Virus record (IMG/VR): IMGVR_UViG_3300033075_000716
Coordinates: 3,935-67,934 of that record
Origin: a virus
Taxonomy: Duplodnaviria; Caudoviricetes
Strand: one strand, 5' to 3'
Length of the DNA stretch: 64,000 nt
Positions 28,401 to 35,253 of this stretch are shown here, piece after piece (positions within the stretch are counted from its first letter, which is position 1; each line of letters begins with the position of its first letter). Below the pieces are notes generated by a model. The model made no database searches. It was not told the DNA's origin and saw nothing but the letters and a program-made list of their open reading frames with translations. A program made the translations under genes and the position numbers.

Positions 28401-28722
28401 GCAGATGATCCAATTCGACAACCTTGACGACAGGCGAGAGCTTCACCGTCTCTTGCTGCGATTGCCTCCGCGCCGCAAGCTGGAATTCCTTCGCTGGGCC
28501 TGCCAACAAGCGAGCTTGACGCCTGGATGCACCACGAAGCCGCAACCGGGCCATGAGACGGTTGAACTTGCCCGGCGTGCGATGCAGAGGCCGGGCGATG
28601 AGACGTTGAATGAGCGGTTGTCGCTGGAGATTTTCTACGACGTTTTTGCTTTGGCGTCGCAGTGGGAGTTCAGTTTGGATGCGGCGGCGCGGGAGTTGGA
28701 GCGGTGGGGGAGAAAAGAATAA
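28387..28722 (+). CDS. hypothetical protein
   Basis: 111-aa helical ORF overlapping the previous stop. Confidence 0.55.
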   Translation: MPQPKQMIQFDNLDDRRELHRLLLRLPPRRKLEFLRWACQQASLTPGCTTKPQPGHETVELARRAMQRPGDETLNERLSLEIFYDVFALASQWEFSLDAAARELERWGRKE

Positions 28723-28745
28723 TCCGCCCCAAAATGAGGCGGATT
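28721..28745. terminator. hairpin between convergent transcription units
   Basis: Stem AATCCGCC / GGCGGATT, followed on the minus strand by ATTCTTTT. Confidence 0.6.
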
Positions 28746-28834
28746 ATCCATGCCGAGCCGATCCTTGGTCTACCGCACCAACCCTTAGCTTACCGTGCCG
28801 CGCCTTGGCCAACCGTACCTAGCCCAGCCCCGCC
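28745..28834 (-). ncRNA. GGY-NN pentamer array C (putative guide RNA)
   Basis: 18 in-phase 5-nt units, 12 starting with GGC or GGT: GGCGG GGCTG GGCTA GGTAC GGTTG GCCAA GGCGC GGCAC GGTAA GCTAA GGGTT GGTGC GGTAG ACCAA GGATC GGCTC GGCAT GGATA. Confidence 0.8.
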
Positions 28835-28841
28835 GATTTCA

Positions 28842-29285
28842 TCACTTCCGCGCTGGCAACATCGTCCGCGTCGGAATTGGTTCAAGATCTCGCGATGCCT
28901 GATGCAACGCAAGCCGCAAACGAGATTGGCTTATCAACCGCCGCGTGTGCTCTTTCCGTGCCTCCGTGGACAACTGCCCAACGTCAACGGCGTCAAGCAG
29001 CCGGCCAGCCTTGCGAATGCTCCGCTTGGCGCGCCGAGTCCGGTTTTCGTTGTGCGCCGACGCTTCCTCATGCGTCAGAATGTGGATTGATTCTTGCGGG
29101 GTCCGCAATGTCCATTCGTAGCCGATGGACTTCAACTCCCTTTCGATGTGAGTTTTCAGATTCAGAAGCAAGAGCCGGTATCGATCCGGGTCGTCCTTGA
29201 ACCGAACCCCCACGGCGTCCTCGCAATCCGATTGCTCAATAACGCAACCGGGATGCAAGTTTGAAACGTCGATGTCGAATTTCAT
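28842..29285 (-). CDS. accessory protein of the RAMP/pentamer-array locus
   Basis: RBS GAGGA; 147 aa; flanked by arrays B and C; helical C-terminus. Confidence 0.75.
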   Translation of the reverse strand: MKFDIDVSNLHPGCVIEQSDCEDAVGVRFKDDPDRYRLLLLNLKTHIERELKSIGYEWTLRTPQESIHILTHEEASAHNENRTRRAKRSIRKAGRLLDAVDVGQLSTEARKEHTRRLISQSRLRLALHQASRDLEPIPTRTMLPARK

Positions 29286-29305
29286 GAGATTCCTCTTTGT
29301 GAAAA

Positions 29306-29395
29306 ATTCCTTGCCATGCCGCGTCCGACCATGCCATGCCTTACCATCCCGGCCACATCGCGCCTCGCCAGGCCCGGCCTACGCCAGGCCAAGCC
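29306..29395 (-). ncRNA. GGY-NN pentamer array B (putative guide RNA)
   Basis: 18 units, 14 GGY: GGCTT GGCCT GGCGT(A) GGCCG GGCCT GGCGA GGCGC GATGT GGCCG GGAT GGTAA GGCAT GGCAT GGTCG GACGC GGCAT GGCAA GGAAT. Two 1-nt phase slips. Confidence 0.8.
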
Positions 29396-29961
29396 TACGC
29401 CGCCTCAAATCTCCCGAATCTCGGCCGGAAGTCGCACAGCCCACACTTCAAACCCGCGTCCTTGATCGCGAGCATGACTTCCGATTCGTTCACCTGCTCA
29501 TCATCGTAGGTCATGGAAATATCACAAGACCATTGATGAAAAATCGGCCGCGTCCGCATCACGCGAGCTTGGCCGATCCGCACCCCGCGCGTATCACGGT
29601 ATTGCTCTTGCTTCCAAAGGTCCGTTGCCTTTTCGTACTTGGCCCCGATGTTCAACACCGCATCTTCCGACACGAAAACGGAACTCTTGAACGTCTTGCC
29701 GAGTTTCGATTTCTTCGCGCCGTCCAAGATCGACGCTTCGATGACTTCGGCGGGGATAATCAGCTTGCCGTCCGTGTTTGTGTACAGTCCCGCGTGCCAC
29801 TCGATTTCCGACATGGCCGCATAATCCTCGTCGGTCTTTTTCCGCTTCCCGCTGATCGCCTTCATCTGTCGGGAAAACTTGTTTGTCGGATCGGCGGTTT
29901 GCCCGTTGTGCATAAGCAACGGCGAAACGCCCGTGATCGAAACCGTCAGATTCTTAATCAT
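29395..29961 (-). CDS. stand-alone RAMP/Cas7-like protein (Vipr-like)
   Basis: First strand LTVSITGVSPLLMH, IIPAEVIEASI, thumb-like RDTRGVRIGQARVMRTRP, and C-terminal Gly-rich loop GLKCGLCDFRPRFGRFE. Confidence 0.75.
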   Translation of the reverse strand: MIKNLTVSITGVSPLLMHNGQTADPTNKFSRQMKAISGKRKKTDEDYAAMSEIEWHAGLYTNTDGKLIIPAEVIEASILDGAKKSKLGKTFKSSVFVSEDAVLNIGAKYEKATDLWKQEQYRDTRGVRIGQARVMRTRPIFHQWSCDISMTYDDEQVNESEVMLAIKDAGLKCGLCDFRPRFGRFEAA

Positions 29962-29982
29962 GCCTTACCCCTTGTGAAAAAG

Positions 29983-30037
29983 AAACCTCGCCAAGCCTCG
30001 TCATACCCAACCTCGCCCAGCCGAACCGCCCCACGCC
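29983..30037 (-). ncRNA. GGY-NN pentamer array A (putative guide RNA)
   Basis: 11 in-phase units, 9 GGY: GGCGT GGGGC GGTTC GGCTG GGCGA GGTTG GGTAT GACGA GGCTT GGCGA GGTTT. Confidence 0.8.
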
Positions 30038-30088
30038 GAGTTGGCTATCTATTTTTGTATAGGTTCTGTACAGACAAAACAAGAGGCA

Positions 30089-30116
30089 TTGAAAAATTAT
30101 TCTGTTTGCACATAAT
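30089..30116 (+). promoter_or_regulatory. candidate promoter for the RHH gene, in an AT-rich divergent region
   Basis: TTGAAA-16 nt-CATAAT ending 6 nt before ATG 30123 (leaderless). Confidence 0.5.
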
Positions 30117-30122
30117 GCAGAC

Positions 30123-30290
30123 ATGGCAAAGAAGAAACCCGGCGAAGGAAACGACCACTCTTTTTGTTTTCGTTGCCGCAAGAAAGACGTTGACGCCTTC
30201 AAGAAAGCCGCCGAGGCCGAAGGATTCGGCACGAACGTCTCCGCCTGGCTCCTATTCCATCTCCGCCGTATCGCCAAGAACGCAAAATAG
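30123..30290 (+). CDS. ribbon-helix-helix-type regulator (not in the supplied ORF track)
   Basis: 55 aa MAKKKPGEGNDHSFCFRCRKKDVDAFKKAAEAEGFGTNVSAWLLFHLRRIAKNAK: alternating beta strand, helix, G turn, VSAWL helix. Confidence 0.7.
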   Translation: MAKKKPGEGNDHSFCFRCRKKDVDAFKKAAEAEGFGTNVSAWLLFHLRRIAKNAK

Positions 30291-30313
30291 TTGCACGCCC
30301 TACCCTGGAACGC

Positions 30314-33300
30314 ATGTTCCGGGCAACATTCGGCGGCAAAACCTGTTACGGATCGGCGAACGAAGTGCAGCAATTGGAGGCCGAGGGGCTGCCAATTCCG
30401 CCCGACTTCTATCGCGCCACGTCCTTTTGGAATCCCCTTGGCCCGGCGGCGGGCAAGGGATGGCTCTTGATGCGACGGCGCGATATCGACGCGCTCGACC
30501 TGAACGCCCTGCACGATCTTCGATTCGAGCATGAGCCGGAAAGCGGCGCGAAGCAAGTCCGCATGTTCCGTTCGCTTGTCATCGCGTGCGAGCCGCGCAA
30601 CCTCTTTCCCGGATTCAAGCCAAACGACCCAGATTCGCTCTACCTTGTCGAAGTCGCCGACGTGCGGCACTTGCTCGACAACGATCAATTCACGTTTCCG
30701 ATCAACAAACAGTACAACGTCCGCGCCTACGCGCACCTGGGGGCAGGGGACGCCACGGAGTATCTTGCCGATTCGCTCAACAGCGGCACGCTCTGGACCT
30801 GGGCGACGATGATTGCCGACGTGTGGACTCTCATGGCCGCACGCCTAGGGGCCGCGCCGGCCCTTCCCGTCACTCCGCACGGCACGCCGGAGGGGTTTAT
30901 CTTCCAGGGGGGATCGGCTTGGCGGACGCTTAACGTCTTGCTCTCCCGGATCGGTTGCGCGATCTCCGCGGACTTGAGCCAGGTAGCCGGAAGCCAGTTT
31001 TCAATCGTTCAAGTCGGCGCGGCGGACGCGGCCACGGATGCGATCTTGTCTAGGTGGGAAACGTCAAAGGTCTACGATGCCGAGTGGGTAGACGTTATTC
31101 GTGGTGTGACGCCCTACGGCGTTCGCGTGTTCTTTCATCGACAGGAGCAATATCCAGGGCTTGAGCAGACGACACCTCGCACGGCATCGAACTGGCAAAC
31201 GGGATCGGCTTATTCCGTGGACGTTGCGGGGCCGGACGCCGCCAGCGCGGAACCTGGAACGTATCATCCGATTTGGGACGATCTTCCCGCGATTTATGAT
31301 TCAACCGGCACGCTGACGAATACCACCGCGTTGGGGCAGCGGGCGCAAGAGCGAGCCGACGATTTCTTTCGGCAGAATCGCGCGGAAGAACTGCACAAGA
31401 CCTATCCCGGTTTCATGCCGATCGCGCCTGGCAGCACGCTCCGCGCCGTCATGCACCGGGACGGCGTTGATGGCGCGACGACGGAAATCGTCCGGCATCC
31501 GTACCTTTACTTCCGCGCGGCGGGCATGACGTGGGAGCCATTGTCATGGATGGACTCGACGCGACTGCATGCGCCGGACCTTTCCCCGTCATGGCCAGCG
31601 CAGCAAGCCCAGCTTGTCAAGATTCTTGAGATAGAAAACGGCACGCCCGCAAGCAATCGATATGATTGCACGGTTCAACTTCGCGACTCCGCCGGCGGAT
31701 GGCTGGAGAAGGAAAGCGTCTACGCGGTTGACCTGGCTGGGGCCGCGAGTCTCACGGCGGGGGATCGATACGACGGCCTGCTTGTCGGATACGAAGGTAG
31801 TCGGCCTCTGTTCGCGATTGATAGTCGCGGAACGCCGGTGGAAGAGATTTGCACGGCCTATGAAGGCGAAGCTGACGACACGCTCGCCCTGACCAATGAC
31901 ACCTGGGCCGACATTCCAGGAACAGACGTTGAGCTTGTCATCACGGCCGAAGCCGAAGCCTTACTCATCGCGGTCTTCCAATTCGACGGCAACGGCACGG
32001 CGGCCGTCACGGTTGACGGGGCCGGCGCTGGATCGACGGACGTTTACGAGGGCCGTTTCGTCATAGACGGAACGCCCGTTGCGCCTCTCGCTAAATGCTC
32101 GATAACGCATCCTGTTGAGACAAAAACGATCCCGATGCCGCCGGTACTCGTCACGCTCGCGGTAGGGACTTACACAGTCAAGCAGCAGGCCCGCAAACTG
32201 AGCGGCAGCGGCGAAGCGATAACCGGACTCGAAACAGGATGGACGTTGACGGCGGCTTGCGGGGCCAAAGGCAATCAAGGAATCCAAGGCGAGACAGGAT
32301 CGACAGGGCCGCGCGGCAAACGCGGGTTCCCGATGCCAGCGATTCGCGTCGATGACAGCTACCATTTCGCCGTGCCATCTCGCCCGCCTGGGCAATCGGT
32401 CAAAGTCTTGACCGAAAAACTCAAGACGCTAATCAAGAAGCGAACCTATCTGCTACCGTCTCGTAGCGACGATTCTGTTTCTTTCGCCGCGCCATCGCGC
32501 CCGCCGGGGAAATCGGAACGGAAGATTATCAACGATCTGCGAACCTGGATCGACGTCACATGGAACGTCACGGGCGGAACGTGGAACGTCACAAACACGA
32601 CGATCAATTACACCACGGTCGCGCATAATTGGACCAGCGTAACATGGGTCGTTGACGGTGGAACATGGGACATAACCAACGTCACAATAGATTGGGATAC
32701 AGTCGTCTGGAATGTGGTCGATGCGACGTTCAATATCGAGACGACGGAGATCAACTGGACAACAAACATTTGGGTTGTTGACGGCGGGACGTGGACGATA
32801 ACAGACACCACGATTGACCTCATCACGCTGACGCAAAATTGGACCACGGTGGTTTGGGTTGTCGACGGCGGAACGTGGGACATAACAGATACCGTCATCG
32901 ACTACACCGACGTTACGGTGAACATCGGCGGCAATTCGCTCTGGATTTGGGCGGCAAACACCGCCAACTATTTCCAGGGGAAAAGCTACTTCTCCGGCCC
33001 GGTGGTGTGGGTGCATCCCGTCCAAACGAATTGGGTTTCAAACGTCTGCCCAATCAACAACACCTTCGCAAAAACGGTAAGCGGCACAACATCGATCACG
33101 AGCGACACGTTGACCGACCTGACCGGATCGTCGTCCACGTTCTCGATGGCCACAAGTGCCGATGTCCATATCACCGCGATCTTCGATTTCAACGGGGACG
33201 GCGCGGCCACGGTTGCGGACCAGTTCGAGGGGCACCTAATCGTCGACACCGTGGATCAATCGGGCGTGGCGACGTTCGGCGTATGCCATGCATCGCACCG

Positions 33301-34246
33301 ATCAACGGTATCTCAAGCATGGGTGATTAACCTTGGCAGCGGCTCGCACACGATCAAGCTGCAAGCCAAGCGGGTGGCCGCTTCTGGCGGAGACATTATC
33401 CTTGGCGAAAACACGCGATGGACGCTCCACGCGGACACCGAATTGAATCTTGAACGCCGCGTTGTCTACCTGCCAACCGGCACGCAATTGGGCGCGTATT
33501 CCTGCGAAGTCGCTGTCACCTGTTGCCCGCCTGATGGCGGCGGCAATGATCCCGATGGACCGCCGGGCGACGAGTGCCCGCCATGCGATCAAGCCGAAAG
33601 CACTTGGAGCGTCACGATTGCCGACGCATCGGGCTGCACCACGGACCCCAACGGGGCGTACACTCTGGCGAAAGTCGCTGGCTGTTTCTGGCAGGGCACG
33701 GTCAACCAGTCGGTTGTATCGCTCCAATTGAGCGAGCGTGAAGACGGGCAATTCGATTTCACGCTATACGCGGAGAACGGCGATTTCGTGTACTCGGGCA
33801 TAGGCGCTGGGACATGCTGTACCGATGAGGTTGTAACGCTCGATTTGGTCGAGTCGACTTGCACGATGCCGGCGACATTGTCGCTGACTAATGGGTGCGT
33901 TCCAGGTGTGGATTGTGCGGGGGCGTTGGAGATTGCGGCGGGGGTGACGTATGGGCCGTTTACGCTTGCTGGCTTGAGCGAGCATTGGTTCAAGGTGGAG
34001 CACGCAGGCGGGGATTTCAATGCAACCATCAACGCATCGGCAATATCCACCACGCCGAACGATGAAATACTTGCTTACAACGGAACGTGCGAAGCCCTGA
34101 ACGATCTTTCCTTGACGCCGGCGGCAATCGGCATTGGTGCAAGCTGTCACGAATCGACGGTTGCGGCGGGGACTGTCTGGTTCAAGATCATTTCGAGCGA
34201 CACGGGATGCACCTACACGATTACATACGAGGCCGCCGCATGTTAG
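30314..34246 (+). CDS. large tail / tail-fibre protein
   Basis: 1310 aa. Short collagen-like GxxGxxG run, W/T/V-rich WxVDGGTWxIT repeats, duplicated beta-sandwich module and Cys-rich C-terminus. ATG 15 nt after TTGCACGC (30291). Confidence 0.65.
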   Translation: MFRATFGGKTCYGSANEVQQLEAEGLPIPPDFYRATSFWNPLGPAAGKGWLLMRRRDIDALDLNALHDLRFEHEPESGAKQVRMFRSLVIACEPRNLFPGFKPNDPDSLYLVEVADVRHLLDNDQFTFPINKQYNVRAYAHLGAGDATEYLADSLNSGTLWTWATMIADVWTLMAARLGAAPALPVTPHGTPEGFIFQGGSAWRTLNVLLSRIGCAISADLSQVAGSQFSIVQVGAADAATDAILSRWETSKVYDAEWVDVIRGVTPYGVRVFFHRQEQYPGLEQTTPRTASNWQTGSAYSVDVAGPDAASAEPGTYHPIWDDLPAIYDSTGTLTNTTALGQRAQERADDFFRQNRAEELHKTYPGFMPIAPGSTLRAVMHRDGVDGATTEIVRHPYLYFRAAGMTWEPLSWMDSTRLHAPDLSPSWPAQQAQLVKILEIENGTPASNRYDCTVQLRDSAGGWLEKESVYAVDLAGAASLTAGDRYDGLLVGYEGSRPLFAIDSRGTPVEEICTAYEGEADDTLALTNDTWADIPGTDVELVITAEAEALLIAVFQFDGNGTAAVTVDGAGAGSTDVYEGRFVIDGTPVAPLAKCSITHPVETKTIPMPPVLVTLAVGTYTVKQQARKLSGSGEAITGLETGWTLTAACGAKGNQGIQGETGSTGPRGKRGFPMPAIRVDDSYHFAVPSRPPGQSVKVLTEKLKTLIKKRTYLLPSRSDDSVSFAAPSRPPGKSERKIINDLRTWIDVTWNVTGGTWNVTNTTINYTTVAHNWTSVTWVVDGGTWDITNVTIDWDTVVWNVVDATFNIETTEINWTTNIWVVDGGTWTITDTTIDLITLTQNWTTVVWVVDGGTWDITDTVIDYTDVTVNIGGNSLWIWAANTANYFQGKSYFSGPVVWVHPVQTNWVSNVCPINNTFAKTVSGTTSITSDTLTDLTGSSSTFSMATSADVHITAIFDFNGDGAATVADQFEGHLIVDTVDQSGVATFGVCHASHRSTVSQAWVINLGSGSHTIKLQAKRVAASGGDIILGENTRWTLHADTELNLERRVVYLPTGTQLGAYSCEVAVTCCPPDGGGNDPDGPPGDECPPCDQAESTWSVTIADASGCTTDPNGAYTLAKVAGCFWQGTVNQSVVSLQLSEREDGQFDFTLYAENGDFVYSGIGAGTCCTDEVVTLDLVESTCTMPATLSLTNGCVPGVDCAGALEIAAGVTYGPFTLAGLSEHWFKVEHAGGDFNATINASAISTTPNDEILAYNGTCEALNDLSLTPAAIGIGASCHESTVAAGTVWFKIISSDTGCTYTITYEAAAC

Positions 34247-34626
34247 CGATTCCAAAGCTGAACACCATCGGCACAACGATAAACAGCGGCCTTATCAAAG
34301 TCGCCAATCCAGTAGACGGGGTAGTCGGAAGCGTCAAATTCTGGGATGGCAAGCATAGATTCGCCGGGGGTCGTGATGATCTTCCCGGTTGGGTTCGCTT
34401 CGATCCTTGCGCCGTTCATACAGACAAGGAACGGGTAAAGACGTCCTGGGACGTGCGCGAGCCATGGCGGCTGACCATTAGGGAGAACGGCCGTGTGGTA
34501 TTCCCCTGGATCAAGGAGCGGCATTCCTGACTTAGGGTCAACCGGGCCGCGATTCTTCCCCATAACCCAAAAACCAACCGCCACAACGCAGCAAACCCCA
34601 AACAAAACCCCAAGTGCTCGTTTCAT
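34243..34626 (-). CDS. membrane-anchored or exported protein, inverted orientation
   Basis: N-terminus MKRALGVLFGVCCVVAVGFWVMG is hydrophobic; gene runs opposite to the tail operon. Confidence 0.55.
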   Translation of the reverse strand: MKRALGVLFGVCCVVAVGFWVMGKNRGPVDPKSGMPLLDPGEYHTAVLPNGQPPWLAHVPGRLYPFLVCMNGARIEANPTGKIITTPGESMLAIPEFDASDYPVYWIGDFDKAAVYRCADGVQLWNR

Positions 34627-34888
34627 GGCTGACCTCATCCCTCATTACCCTGGAACGCCCCCCATTGGCAAGCCTACGACGATTCCTCGCGCGCCGCAAC
34701 CACAATCTAAACGTTGCATCCACCTCGGCCGGACAACCGGCGAGACGGTTCGCTGCAAGACTTGTTCGGGATTCCAGGCTGTTCCTTTGTACCAATGTCA
34801 AATTTACGGCGAATGCACCACGCAGCGGCAGTCTGAGGCCGCCGCATGTTGCAAAAACTGCACAAGAAAGAGTACGGTGAAAACATGA
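34625..34888 (+). CDS. small Cys-rich protein
   Basis: CIHLG...CKTC...CQIYGEC...CCKNC. Confidence 0.55.
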   Translation: MADLIPHYPGTPPIGKPTTIPRAPQPQSKRCIHLGRTTGETVRCKTCSGFQAVPLYQCQIYGECTTQRQSEAAACCKNCTRKSTVKT

Positions 34889-35253
34889 AACCATTTCGAT
34901 TCGGCCCAATCGCGCTGACTACGACCCTGACAACGAACCTGCTCAATCCCGGCACGACTACGGGCGGGGTGAATTGCAACGCCGCGCCTTACGACAAGTT
35001 GATGGTTGTCTTGACACACATCCGCGTGGTCAACAAATCGGCCAGCAATGCGACTTTTTCTCTTTGGCTTGGCGCGACTGGCGCGAACGCGGCCGGCACT
35101 GAGGTAATCGGAACAGATTTCGCCGTGGCCGCGAACAGCGCCGAGGACTTCTACGCGAACTTGCCGCTTTATTCGACTGACTTCCTCGTCGGCGGCGCGT
35201 CGGCGAATACCGCGTTGACCATCCAGGGGGATGGCGTGATAGGGGTTGCATAA
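34885..35253 (+). CDS. small beta-rich virion protein
   Basis: 122 aa; coupled on both sides. Confidence 0.6.
   Translation: MKPFRFGPIALTTTLTTNLLNPGTTTGGVNCNAAPYDKLMVVLTHIRVVNKSASNATFSLWLGATGANAAGTEVIGTDFAVAANSAEDFYANLPLYSTDFLVGGASANTALTIQGDGVIGVA

Noticed and set aside
28662-29090. Plus-strand ORFs over array C and the 147-aa gene (also 29954-30736 minus)
   Set aside because: Low-complexity translations of the arrays or antisense to better genes; no RBS or motif.
28745-30037. Reading the pentamer arrays as a CRISPR array or microsatellite
   Set aside because: There are no 25-45 nt repeats with spacers and no cas1/cas2. The units are not identical, so this is not simple slippage.
28745-30037. 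Self-targets of the NN strings within this window
   Set aside because: By eye I found only partial, chance-level gapped matches (for example near 30091 and 46910); a computed search is needed.
29197-30534. 445-aa plus-strand ORF spanning the RAMP locus
   Set aside because: It is a shadow ORF antisense to the 188-aa gene. Its Pro/Arg-rich parts are just translations of the pentamer arrays.
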